Assembly: GCA_038496445.1 (NCBI GenBank)
Contig: JALMLS010000050.1
Location: 23,046 to 87,045, forward strand
Origin: Trichosphaerium sp. ATCC 40318
Lineage: Eukaryota > Protista > Tubulinea
Direction of reading: 5' to 3'
Length of the DNA: 64,000 nt
The notes under the pieces were generated by a model. It saw only the letters and a list, made by a program, of their open reading frames with translations. It did not search any database and was not told the origin of the DNA. Of this stretch, positions 1 through 14,480 are shown piece after piece. Made by a program: the position numbers and the translations under genes. Position 1 is the stretch's first letter. Every line of letters begins with the position of its first letter.

Positions 1-377
1 TAGTGTTAAAATAAGAAATGAATACTATGGTAGCTAAGAAACCTTAGATTGAGACTTCCGTGGATGTGCATTAAGAACACAAAGTCTAACAAGTCCACTC
101 AGCAAGAATATCCACGAACTCTTTTCACTCCAAAACAACTGTACTGTTGTCTCCGTCAGACTTTTTGGAGTTCAAATGTTATCGTTGCGTACACTACCAC
201 ATGTAAACGAAGGTCTATGGATACTGTTATTGATTGGGAAAATAGTCACTATTTCTTGTAACGGTCGCGAAATCTCACCAACTTTTCAAATTTGTCAATT
301 TTCAATTACTTTTTTTAGGATAGCACGACGTAAGTAGCTCTTACGCATTTGTAGAATAGTCCAGTTAACACACAACC

Positions 378-1479
378 ATGATTAGTACAAAGGGAGCAGT
401 ATGGCGGTTTGAAATAGCGAAAAGTAGCCGGTACCGTTAGCGCTCTATGTTTTAATTACTGAAACAGTCTGCATCAGTTCTACGTGCTGTTGTTGTCTCG
501 AGTATATCGAGAAGGGAACGATTCGATACGGTAATACGGTAATTCGTTAAAACTTTATAACTATACGAATTGACGCTTAATATTGAATACAGAGCACTCA
601 ATCCAGTACTTGGTACCATCTTGGGTGTTTTCAGGATACTAGAGTTCGTTTACCATTGTATCACTACTACAACAACGACATTAAAACAGTGCGTTGATCG
701 TGAGCCCGCATAAGCTGTTTTAGCTTTTTTTGAACTAACAAGGAAACAAAAGGGATGGGATTTGCTTTCGGATAGAGATGTAGACTTAATGTCTAAGGCT
801 TCGCATGCAGCAGCTTTGGAATATGCACAAGGACGTAATTCTTCTGTAAGGCAAGGAATATTGAATAATATGAGAGCAGAAGAGGGTAGCTTAAAGTCGC
901 TAAAGGTGAGAATATTTTGAGTTTGGATTTTCTTTGAACTTTTTTTGAAGATACGCAAATAGTCTGTTATGAAGAACCTTAAAGTTTATGCCATCTATTG
1001 TAATATACTTCCTTTCCATACACAATTTTTTATTTCAAAATGCTGTCATGTATCACGGTTCTTATTTTTGAAAAAGGTTCTTTGTGCGGAATTTGTCATT
1101 AAGACTAAAATACCTTGGCAAGATCAACCTCTACCACAAAGTGTTATAGATCTTTTTAAAGAGTTGTCCTACTTCCAATATGAGATAGCACTAATACTAA
1201 AACAATATACAACAAAAGGACTTAAGACAATTCTGCAGCAATCAAGTAAGTGACAGGTTTTTTGTTTGATGCTAACTACCTTAAGAAATAAAAAGAAGTG
1301 GTAAACGTGTTGAGCTTGAAGACAGAGTAATAATGGGTCAAATAGAAGGAAAGATTACGAGAGATTATAAACCAGTACTAGTGCAAGAAGAGAAATCAAA
1401 AAAGAGAAACCGTAAAGTAGAAAAACAAAAACCAAATAAAAAACGAAAGAAAACACGTGCAAAAAAGGAGGCGACGTAG
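378..1479 (+). CDS. PARP-type zinc finger (zf-PARP) protein, no catalytic domain, multi-exon
   Basis: Spliced exons read WRFEIAKSSRSTCCCCLEYIEKGTIRYGNTSTQSSTWYHLGCF...GWDLLSDRD, matching the zf-PARP pattern E-x-AKS-x-RS-x-C-x2-C...I-x-KG-x2-R...W-x-H-x2-C. C-terminus is Lys/Arg-rich and ends TAG at 1477-1479. Confidence 0.75.
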
Positions 1480-2090
1480 ATCTTCTTAAATAAAACACTG
1501 CTTCCTATATTTACCATTTAATACCCTACACCATGTATAATATATGGTGTCGAGATAATGATCTCGAAACAAATTAGCGGATATTGGTAACAAGTAGATC
1601 TGTAAATCTGTGCTGTTGAAAAAACTATGTTGTGAGTTTTTTTAAAACAATACCAATGTGCCAATTTTAATCTCCACCAAATTAAAGCATCATGTTGCTT
1701 CCCCCACCACAATATCACGTGAGTGAAGTAGATCTTATATGCTCCACTTGAGTTAATCTACGTTCGGTTTTTACAACGTGTTTAACTACACTTTTCGAAC
1801 CATGTGAAGGCACAAAAACAAATCAAATCACAATAACTGCCTCATAGTAAGTTGACGTTTAACTCACAACATGAGTCTGGAAAATAAGATTTTGTAAGAA
1901 ACAACTTGTTTTAGCTTGCCTCTAGCTTTATTGAAACAGTCATTGCGTTCATAGTAGCGTGTATCAATGGAAAAAAGTATAGAAGATTTATATCTGTGTG
2001 TGGGTTTATAAACCCACTCTTACGCTAACCAAGCTTGAATATTTTTTTAAAATGTTAGCCTCCAGCAAAAAAAACCTGCTTATTCTTTCC

Positions 2091-2706
2091 ATGAACTTAT
2101 TTGTGTAAGATTTTGGGTTGGGTGCACATCATATACTATTTATCCTTCCACCAATCAATCGTTATCTCACGTGGTTACAAAGTGACTGTAGACTGTAAAA
2201 ATCTTTGTTCATCTTTTTTTTCGACAAAAGCACATTGTTTACTACAAGCTGCAAACAATAGTAGCGTTCCTGTTGATAACTCACACTGGTACAACAACCT
2301 AACGGTATTTGCAGAATGTGATACAGTGAGTGCTAGCGTAAAACTTTTCCATACACCACACATTCCTACAAAAATGACAACCGTTCACTTCCAATCGTTG
2401 CTGTCACACTGGAGATGTAAGAGAAGAACGCCAAATGCAGACGGTGGAGTACCGTTTAAATACAGCTTCAAGCTAAGGAACAAGCGAAAAGATTGCGAAA
2501 ACAGGGTACTACGTAAGCGTGCTACAAAGAGATTATTTGTTGATGCAAACATACCGTTTAAACCTTTCTTGCTTGCAGTTCCCTTCACACCTTCAAAACA
2601 TTGCGACGCAGCTAGAAGGGCACGTATGGAAATCATAAATACGTACCAAACCAAAACAGCCATAACGCCATCACCCAAAATGTCAATAGACTTCATTGTA
2701 AACTAG
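2091..2706 (+). CDS. Hypothetical basic protein (possible transcription regulator); 5' end uncertain
   Basis: 201-codon stop-free frame (2101-2706) in AT-rich DNA, with basic clusters and a C-terminal KMSIDFIVN. Confidence 0.4.
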
Positions 2707-3553
2707 CTAGAAGCAAACAACAAAAAGTACTGTCTATGGTGAGATTTTTCAGGTATTCTGTGCCTTCCTCTTTTCTTTATTGTCTAATGCACCCATAGAT
2801 GGATTTAACACAATGTAAACAAACATGTAACGAATCGGAGAAACTCTATTGTAATAAAAAAATAAAAAAAAACTAACTTTCTCACTAGTCCGTTCGACAA
2901 ATTGATATATCTTGGGTTGCTACATCACGTGGTGTAGTAGGTTTAACAAAATTTCCGTTAAGTTCACATTGAGGCCGAAAACCCCGAACTACTTCAGTTT
3001 GTAGCTACAGTGCACTCTTGCCTGCCGGAAATGTAAGAAAACTACAGCAGGAATGCTTTTCTAGCGAAAGATCAAACAAAAACTGGCTTCGTGCCTGGAT
3101 TATTACGGTTATTGTTCCACTAATTTGACAACCGTGTACTATGGTGATCTGCATAATGTAATCGCAACACGAAGAGTGCAGTCCTTGAATAAAAATAAAG
3201 TCATCAGGTCAGATTTTAACCTTTACTAAACGTTACAATCCAAAGTGTTTAATACCTTTTTGTCAGATAGGGACACATCTGTTTGGGCGTTCCCAAATAA
3301 GATCAGCTTTGTACCATTTCCTGAAAACAACCGTTATTTATTACGGGACATAACGTATTTGACAAATGAGCAGAGAAATAAAGTAAAGTTTAACCAAAAA
3401 AGCGTCAACTCCATTTTTCTGCAGTTTTTGAACACGTGCTTTTTTTCAGACGTTAAAAAACGCCTGCTGAGCTTTGATTGAACATTGCTCAATATTTATA
3501 AGAAGGATAAGTAACAATTAAACAATAATTTATCGGCTATTTTTTTAGCCTTC

Positions 3554-5959
<2,406 letters not shown>

Positions 5960-6454
5960 CTTTAACGTTTTAGTAGCTGGGAACTAATCGAGAAATAGTT
6001 AAGTTTCGTTTTAAGCCAGGCTGGCAGTCAGGTGATTACTCCACGTGATGAAGCAGTGGGACCTGTAAACCTTTTGCCAATACCCTGAATAAAGGCGAGC
6101 AAAGTGCTCCAGACACGATTGACTACGAAAGACTTGACATGCATTGATTGTGTAATTATTACTCGTGGGCCGAATTCTTTAAAAATACAAATACCCACAA
6201 CTGTAACGTTTATATACACCAAGACAGGTCATCACCACACCAAAAGGTACGCGTTACTCTGAGCATGAAGTATTTTAGAAACATACACCGATAAAAACAC
6301 ATAATTGTTGCGCTTTGAGTTGCTTCCACGCATTGAGGCAAAATTTGGTGGTATTTTCAACGATTTGTGCTTTCAGAGAGAAATTCGTTCCATAAGCCAT
6401 ACTAATACGCAAAACATAGGGTATGGGCCGTAAGAAAACTAAAGCACTACTATT

Positions 6455-9400
6455 ATGACCTCATGGAAAGGAAGAATCAACGAGCTTTGTATGAAACGCA
6501 GATGGGATTTGCCAAAGTACGTTGTTCTGGCTACTCGCACTTTCTTTTAGGCAGCTTTTTCAGAGCAGTTTCACAAAAAAATTGTGCCTCCGCCAGGTGT
6601 CGCGCTGTTCACACCCATCGCGTAAATACGGTGTTCTAATCGTCGTACAAGGTATTCAACCACAGCCGAAGGCCCACCTCACATGCCAAAATATTTTGCT
6701 TCTGTAGAGATAGATGGAATGGTATACAAGACGCTGCAACACGCTCGCACTAAAAAGGTATTCAAAGAACTTTTCGAAAAAATTAGATTTGTTTTTTTCA
6801 AGCACAGCGTTTTTCTAATTGTGCAAAATTTGCTCTAAGAGGAAACTCTTCTAAAACAACTACACACCGCCGATCATTCAGATCAATTTCAATTTAAGCA
6901 CGTGTCACGTTTAAGTAAGCTGTCTTTTTTTTTGCATTTTTTCTCTGAGAGGTCTACAAAAATTTTGGTGCCCAGCACCTAGCGTTGGGGTTCCTAAACA
7001 GGCCTATGGATCGTTTAGATGACTTGAGCTCCCCACCTTACGGCCTGTGGGTTTTACACGATCCTATGGAACTTATAGACTCTCAAACTAACGCTGGTAA
7101 GTTAGCACAACAACAAGCAGCTAAGGTGGCTTACCTCACAATTACCCAAGTACCGCAACCCACTGTACAGACACCAAGTAGCTATGGGAGCTACGGTAGC
7201 ACAGGTAAAAGTGCCAAGTCACTTTTGAACGAACACTGTCAGCGTCACAGGCTCCCCATGCCTCAAATTGATATCATTAAGATGCGTACGTTGTTTTTTT
7301 GTTCTCTGTAAACAAAACGGGATTTTCACCTACGTGCTCTTCCCAATTTACTAGTCACCTCTCTTATTAAAACTAAAAAGGTTTTACGCCTCAGTTTTTG
7401 TAGAGTAGCGTATTAACTTATTATTTTTTAATTTAAAGTCGGGTTCTTAATTTTCTCCCTTTTAGCTGTTTCGCCAAATAGTATACATGTAAATTACCAA
7501 GCTATAACGACATTTGAGGGTAGAAACTTTAGGTCTGATCCAAAAGCAAGAGTAAAAGAGGCAGACCAGGTAAGAAAAATAAAAAATTATTCAAGTTGGA
7601 AGACGAACCTGACATTTTCTGAGACTTTTGTGTTAGGATATAGCGTCTAAGATACTCACGTGGTTGATGAGACCGACGAGAGTAGATAATCGCGATGTAG
7701 ACCAAAAACCAACGCCGCGTCGTGAGTCACATCCTCTTGATCGAGAAATATCTCCTGGTGGGCTTAGAGGTGGTGGGTTACCTCGTCGTGGACGTACAGA
7801 TACTACTCATGTCGAAAGTAAAAAACCTAGAATGGAGGTACGAAGAAAATCGATTTTTTTGTAGTACTGGATCTAAAGGCGAGCTTAGGATCCCTATGGT
7901 GATGATTATGGTAGGGGCTATGGCGAGGTATTGTGTTTTTGATTTGATTTTGTGTTGCTAACAGGTTTTGTGTAGAATTATAATGCGAGCAGGGCTACTG
8001 ATTCGCGTAGAACACGAGAACGCAGGGTTGATTTTGTACGATAAGACTACTCAGCTGAGGGAGAAATTATTTACATTTTGATATTTAGGATGATTATGAA
8101 GAAAATACAATAGAGGCACGCAATGAACTCAAAGACCATAGACAGGTGAGGTTTTTGAGTATCTCTTTTTTAATTACTAACAGTTTCTTTTACAGCCTGA
8201 TCTACAGTTTACTACTCAAGCCAGGGCATCTCCATCGCCGGCGAATAGATCTCCTGGAAATAAGGACTTGCATGTAAAGATGCATGCAAGTCCTTCAGAA
8301 CGTGCTGCTCCAAAAAAATTAGGCGAACTGGAACTCCTTTCAGAAAATGTTGTAACTCCAAACCCGCGAAACTTTGTATCTCCTAAATTTTCTGACGACG
8401 AAGAAGATGTTCCTACGCGCCTCAATCGCCCACCACCAGCAGACTTTGTATCTTCCCCATACATGGAACCACCTCCACCTAATTTTGCGACTCCAAAAGG
8501 GCGCAACCCACCTGCTCCATTTTACGAAGACGATGAAGAAGCTCCTACGTTTCGTAATCGCCCACCGCCAATTAATAGACTAAGCCCAGAGAAACCTCAA
8601 TACCAAACTCGCCTTGACGATCTAACAAATCAAGAGACATCTGAACCTCGTTTACGACCTTCCTATGCAAAGCGACCAAACCAAGAGACTCCTGAATACA
8701 GTTACAGATCTCCTGACGCTTCTCCTTCTAAACGACCAACTCAACAACCTCCTCAATACCGCTATCCTCCTGACGATGCGCCTACGCGGCGACAACACCC
8801 TGGTTTCGCGGATACAGCACCACCAATACCAGCTGCATCACAGCGTAAACCGTCTCAGTCTGCAATATCCGAATTGAATGAGATGTGCCAAGAATGGCGA
8901 TTGACTCCTGTTATATACAAACAAGAAGGTAGAGAAGGTCCAGATCACGCTCCTTGGTTTCTATTTTCTGTGACTATCTCTGGACGCAAGTTTATGGGAA
9001 AATGGCAGCAAACTAAGAAGAAGGCAAAGCATCAATGCGCAAGTAAGGCATTGGCTTCTTTGAGAGTAGCTGGTAAAGAAAAAGTTGAACAGATGGCGAG
9101 GTAACATATTTTTCCGATTTTCTCTCAGAGACAATTTTTGAACTCAATGACTGACTCTTTTTTTGAAGTGAATCGATTTTCAACCCACCACCTACACCGT
9201 CTTATCAAGAACGTCGTAGACCACCAGTACATTCACAACACCCTGAAGATCGTTACGAACGGCCAGAACGTTATGAACAGCGTGGTTCGCAGTATGAGGA
9301 GTACCGTAGACCAGAGTATAGATATAAAGAAGAACAGGATAGGAGAGGAGACTATGATAGGTATGCTAGAAGACCAGATGAAGATAACTACCCACGACAA

Positions 9401-9826
9401 GATCGGAGATACGAACAGGGAGATTACGAGTACTATCCTCAACGTAGGGCACCTCCACCACAGCGGTATGATGAGTATGGCTACAGTGATTCTCATCAGA
9501 CACCATATACACAGCAGCGGCCTACTAGGCGGCGCTCTCCTCCGAGAGCACCAAGACCTGAATGGGATGATACGCCGCGCGATTCTCACACTCAGCAACG
9601 CAGAGCTACTAGATCACCTGCTACGCACTCCCCACCTCACTCACCCCATCCAAGCGGCCAAGCAGAGTTTCACAGCCCACAATCAGCTAAGCAATCTCCT
9701 AAAGCAGCATCTCCAAAATATGTTGATGTTAGTACAGCTGATCTTAATGCTGTCTTAAGCGCACTTGGAGATGACTTGTCACAAGCTCAGATTGAAAACC
9801 TTACTAGGCAGTTAGACAACATGTAA
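6455..9826 (+). CDS. Protein with three double-stranded RNA-binding domains and Pro-rich and Arg/Tyr/Asp-rich low-complexity regions
   Basis: dsRBD1 spliced: MTSWKGRINELCMKRRWDLPKYSTTAEGPPHMPKYFASVEIDGMVYKTLQHARTKKLAQQQAAKVAY. dsRBD2: KSAKSLLNEHCQRHRLPMP...YQAITTFEGRNFRSDPKARVKEADQ. dsRBD3: SAISELNEMCQEWRLTPVIYKQEGREGPDHAPWFLFSVTISGRKF...TKKKAKHQCASKAL. Confidence 0.9.
6946..7085 (+). ncRNA. Candidate structured intronic RNA element (nested stem-loop) in intron 2 of the dsRBD gene
   Basis: Nested complements: TGAGAGGTCTA 6946-6956/TAGACTCTCA 7076-7085, GTTCC 6990-6994/GGAAC 7068-7072, GGATCGT 7008-7014/ACGATCC 7058-7064, CCCAC 7032-7036/GTGGG 7047-7051. Lies in a 344-nt intron (6758-7101) directly before the ACTAAC branch point. 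Confidence 0.5.
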
Positions 9827-10125
9827 CTTATCCTCCTAACCAGTTAGGAAGATGTTGTAAATCTTATCACCTCCTAACTAAGGCGGTGGTGGTTGGATCC
9901 TTGAGCGTAGTGCCCTATGTCATGATGTGCAAAGTTAATATCATGACCGTAGGTCACTACGCCCATTTGTTCGCAATCACCACCGCCATAGTTAGTAGTG
10001 TGATAAGACGTATTGTTTAGCTGTCTGGGACTAAAATGAGCAAGACAAAACAATAATAATAAAGTATAATCATGTATAACGTAGTCTTTCGTGTTGCTAT
10101 ACTTTCCACAATCCGTGATCAATAC

Positions 10126-12888
10126 ATGGCAGTCTCTGTTATTAAACGACGTCACAATGTTGAGTACAACATTGAAGCTGTTTACCTTTTACGATTAAAA
10201 CTTGCTTTTTTTGGCGTAAGGCAGCAACGGTCAGCGAAAGTAATTGTAGAAAGCAGAAGTGACATTGTTGTAGCTTGTTGTATATGGCAGCGCGTTACTA
10301 CGCGACATTCAGTACCGATCAAGGTTCTAAAAGTACTATTTTGCGTAATTCTAAACGCGCTAGGTTTTAACCGCGGTAAAGTCGGCCAGGAATCATCACT
10401 TGGCTTTACCATAGGCGGAAGGTAGGCTTATATCGTTTTGGAAGGCACTAACCGGAACAGAAAACCAGGTGACAACATTGTAGCGAAAAAGCTACAATTA
10501 CAAATAACAGGGCCTGATAAGGTTAAAGTAAAATTATCTATTGCCAGTAATTGGGTAACAGCAAAGTACACACCACAAAAGGTATGTTGAGTTACATTGT
10601 ACACTATACAATGCTAATCAACCATAGCCAGGCAATTATGCTGTTTCGGTACAATATGAAAATACAAAATGCTCTCACGACCCTATAAACATAATAATAC
10701 TCAAGGATTGTGCGTGTACAAGGGTTCATAGCGCATAAATTAACTTTTGTAGCAAATACTCCTTCCAGTTCCCCACCTGGTTCAATATCGCCCAGAACAT
10801 CACCAAGGGGTCAGACTAAGCAACCCAAGCAACCTAAGCAACCAAAGCCGAAAAAAGAAAAAATCAAAAAAGCAAAAGAAAAACAAGAAGGAAGAAGCAA
10901 ATTATGGCTAAGCGTAAAAGGAGTATTCTCAACAGGACCTAGTGATGGCGAAAAGTCACCTAGACAAAAGTCAGCGAAATCTCCAAAAAAACAGAAAAAA
11001 GCCGAAAAAGCAGCCTTCAAGAAGAGCCAAAGAGAGGCAAAGAAGAAGAAAAAGAAAGGAAAAACAACAAAGAAAGCAATGATACAACGAGCTTCATCTG
11101 ATAAGCATCTGAGAAACAGAAATCCAGAATTCAATAATTTTCCTAAACGTGAAAACTTAGAATTTGATCTTGAATTTCCAAGCCGTAAAAACTCTAGACC
11201 TAACTGGCTTCAACAAAATGCAACTCCTCCAGTAAGTGTTAGACTTAGAGGAGAACAACAAGGTATTTTAAATGTACCACGTGTTTCCAGTATCTGACTT
11301 TTTTCAGAAGTTGCACCTCTACCTATTAAAACAAATGAAGCTGCGCCTCCACCTATAAAAACAAATGAAGTTGCACCTCTACCTATAAAAACTAATGAAG
11401 CTCCTCCACCACCTATAAAAACAGCTCCTAGACCACCAGGTCCACTTATTAGGCAACCACCTCCTGAGACATATAAAAGGCCAGCTTGGAATGCTACACC
11501 CAAAGCTACACCTACAATACCGACGACAAAACAAGAAAATAAACCCACTTGGCAACAACGACAACAGCAACAACGACAACAACAACAAAGACAACAACAA
11601 CTACAACAGCAACAAAAAGCTAAACCACAGGTAACATACCCATGAAATGATGACGTTGTTTATCTAACTTTTAAGCAGGTCAACAAACCTACGTATACTG
11701 TAGTAACACAACCTAATTCAACTGCAAAACCACAAAGAGCAGTACGTTTCAAAAACCGATACGAGCTATTACGGTTTGACTCACATGTTTTTTAGCCAGC
11801 TCCTAAAAAGAAAGTAGCTCCTACAACAGCCACTCAAAGCCCAGCAACTAGTCTTGTATGCTTTCATATAAAGAGTTTATTATAAAGCGCTAACGAACGT
11901 ATAGGCACCAACAAAGCCTGCAAAAAGACAATTCCGACGTTCAATGTAAGTGACATTTTGACACATTCCATTCAGAGAAAACGAAGACTCCACTTTTTTT
12001 TCTCTTCTTTCTTCTTGCGTTTCAGCCGCTAACTTCGTGTTTAGGTCTGTTCCTGCTCTTAATGTTACACAAGGAGATAAATGGCTAAGTCTTATGAACA
12101 AGAACAGGTACACCTTTAACAAAATGACAAGGTGCTAATACTTTTCTTTTTTTTTTCCAGACAAAACGAGCATAACGCTATAAATGCTGAATCAGATGCC
12201 CGAACAGCAAAGGGTGTTCAATGGGTTATTAGAGAAATGAAAAAATTAATTAAGGTCATCATTCAAAATGGAAAAAAAGGTACCAAGACCATGCAGGCAG
12301 CCGCTTCGTTTGGTGTTTTTTTTGCCTATTAATTTTTTTCTTCGAAGGGTCTGACGGAAAGTATCACATATCTTATGGTGAACTGTTCGAAAAGACTATG
12401 GACGCATTTGAAGCTCTATCTGGCACATTACGTGCAGCAAAAAAACAGAAAGTAGTTTCATACCAAGGAGAGATGTTACTACGTGGAGCGTCAAATAATG
12501 TTGACATTACGCTTCTACAAGAAACATTTGACGAGAGTCAAGCCATAAAACAAATACACAACACAAAGGTACTAAGAATCTACCTTGATATTTACTTATA
12601 TTAACACGTGTTTCACAGGTCACAAGAGGTGCAAAGAAGCCACTAAAGATACAAAAAGAGGAGAGCGTTTTCCAAAAAGCGACATGTTCGAAATGTCAGA
12701 AAACTGTTTATCCAAATGAACGGCTTGCAGCAAATGGACATATAAGACATAAGACGTGTTTTACATGTCATGTATGTAATAGCAAGCTACGTATTACAGA
12801 TTATGCATTTGCGAATGATCGTTTTTATTGCTTGCCTCATTACAAGCGTATAGTACAAGAAACTGGAGGTAACTATTCAGGTTTGTAA
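10126..12888 (+). CDS. Filamin(Ig)-repeat, Pro/Lys/Gln-rich, Costars (ABRACL-type) and LIM domain protein
   Basis: Filamin-like: GFNRGKVGQESSLGFTIGG...LQLQITGPDKVKVKL...TAKYTPQKPGNYAVSVQYE. Costars: VIREMKKLIKVIIQNG...ISYGELFE..MDAFEALSGTLRAAKKQKVVSYQGEMLLRGASNNVDITLL. LIM: CSKCQKTVYPNERL...HKTCFTCHVCNSKL...FYCLPHY. Confidence 0.85.
11307..11425 (+). repeat. Coding tandem repeat, 30 bp x ~4 (EVAPLPIKTN / EAAPPPIKTN)
   Basis: gaagttgcacctctacctattaaaacaaat followed by three near-identical units, in frame within the Costars/LIM gene. Confidence 0.85.
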
Positions 12889-13099
12889 AAAAGATAAGTA
12901 AGTTGTGTTATGTATGTAAGAAGATCAAAAAAAAACCTTCAGTTAAAATAAACTACTTGAAGTATTGTGTATCGAAAAAATTGATGTATTATTGTGTCAG
13001 TATTCATTATTTACAGGCACCTTCCTATGTAGAAATAAATCCAATAAATCTGGTATCAAATACAAATGTATCTTTTAGTCACGTGCTCAGCAACGACCT

Positions 13100-13281
13100 G
13101 CATAGGTTGTTTTAGCAACAGTATACACTTGCCGTAATACATGCAATAATACAACCCACAATAACAAGACGAGTAGCAAACCGTCACATGGGAACATGAA
13201 AGAAAAACGCAGAAGGAAAGCGAAAAAACGTACGAACAATAGCAACGGGTATTTCCCATGCAAGTTGATCCAGCTATTCAA
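13100..13281 (-). pseudogene. Decayed third copy of the small Cys-rich membrane-protein family
   Basis: Retains TACCCGTTGCTAT, the intron (gtacgttttttc...ttcatgttccc) and ...caacctatgca of the intact paralogs, but has indels and substitutions and no recognisable 5' part. Confidence 0.6.
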
Positions 13282-14024
13282 CTACTTTTAAGGGTCGTTA
13301 TCCAAAAAATGCAAGGTACCCTTCGCCTGTAAATCAATCAAGTAGCCACGTACATTATTGAAAGGAGGTTTCTATGTCTGATCAAACCAAATCCTCTAAT
13401 TCGTCATTAACGTCCTTGGTAGTACCTTAATTTATTAATACAAATAGAACGATACTTGTGAACAGTTACAATGGGTTTTCTTTTCTCGCTTTCTTTATAC
13501 TGCTGACTCCTTTTAGTTCTATTTTTTGGTGGTAGTATAACAATACAAAAATGCAGTACATTTGTTGGTATAAAAGGAGACCTCAAGTCACGTGCTCAAA
13601 AACGGAAAACATTTTAAGTTCATTCAAGTTTGTAAAAACCTGTTATTGGCCTATGGGAGTCAAGTTAGCTATTGCGGGTTGGCTGCCGCATGGCTCACTA
13701 CAACACAAATAAAATTCTGATGCAGACAATAAACTTCGTGTACACCAGATAACAGGATTTACCGTTGTAACTCCTGTTAAATTTTTTGCCAGTTCAGTTT
13801 TCTACCTAAACCATTTATCCGCGTATTTGTCCATACAAGCTTAAAGCCACGCGTTCCATACCCTGTAGACATAAACTAACCCACTCAGAAAAGGCTTTTT
13901 TACCGTTTATCTTTTTTGCTAGTGAGTGTGTTTCAGGAAGTGCACGAAATAGTTTTGTTTTTATTGAACCATTACATGAGAAAGAATTGTTTGTTATATG
14001 TATGAGACCTTCCTGTACGCAAAA

Positions 14025-14480
14025 TTAAGCATAGGTAGGTTGTTTCTTCTTGCGAGCAACAAGTACGCATCCAACAATGCATCCAATACAACAGCCCAAA
14101 AGAGCAATACCACCTAACAAATAGTCACGTGAGAACAGGAAACAAAAACAACAATGGGGAAGGGAAAGAAAAAACGTACCAATGATAGCAACGGGTAGTA
14201 CCCATTTCTTCAGACACGCTGAGCCAACGACTTGATCCGTACAACATTCTGCCATTATACCAGCATCTTTATTCATAATAGTGCCACTGCATGTACAGCA
14301 AAAATCCCAACCATTGTACTCAATAAACAACTCATTTGCTGGACAACTTGTATCTAGAGTTACTTCACAGCTTATGCCATCAGTATCTGGCCCTGACGAC
14401 ATTAGTTTCGTCTCTGCAAGGAACGTAGAGGCGCATAGGTATGCGAAAGATAGTATTAGGACGAGAGTAGTTGCTGTCAT
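14025..14480 (-). CDS. Small Cys-rich single-pass membrane protein, paralog A (one intron ~14114-14178)
   Basis: Signal peptide MTATTLVLILSFAYLCAS, Cys-rich ectodomain, TM WVLPVAIIG|GIALLGCCIGCIVGCVLV, basic stop-transfer RKKKQPTYA; near-identical neighbour at 15481. Confidence 0.85.
   Translation of the reverse strand: MTATTLVLILSFAYLCASTFLAETKLMSSGPDTDGISCEVTLDTSCPANELFIEYNGWDFCCTCSGTIMNKDAGIMAECCTDQVVGSACLKKWVLPVAIIGTFFLSLPHCCFCFLFSRDYLLGGIALLGCCIGCIVGCVLVARKKKQPTYA

Noticed and set aside
2175-2696. Minus-strand ORFs separated by one TGA (possible selenoprotein or readthrough)
   Set aside because: No CxxU-type context and no convincing SECIS; best explained as the antisense shadow of the plus-strand ORF.
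6045-6088. GTGATGA...CTGA box C/D-like pair next to NOP2
   Set aside because: Only ~44 nt, no terminal stem and no rRNA-complementary guide that I could recognise.
11307-11425. 30-bp repeats as a CRISPR-like array
   Set aside because: No spacers; in-frame coding repeat in a eukaryotic gene.
8216-11600. Long minus-strand ORFs (8216, 9233, 10811, 11210, 11379), likewise 31026 and 32853
   Set aside because: Antisense shadows of low-complexity or ordinary coding exons on the other strand.
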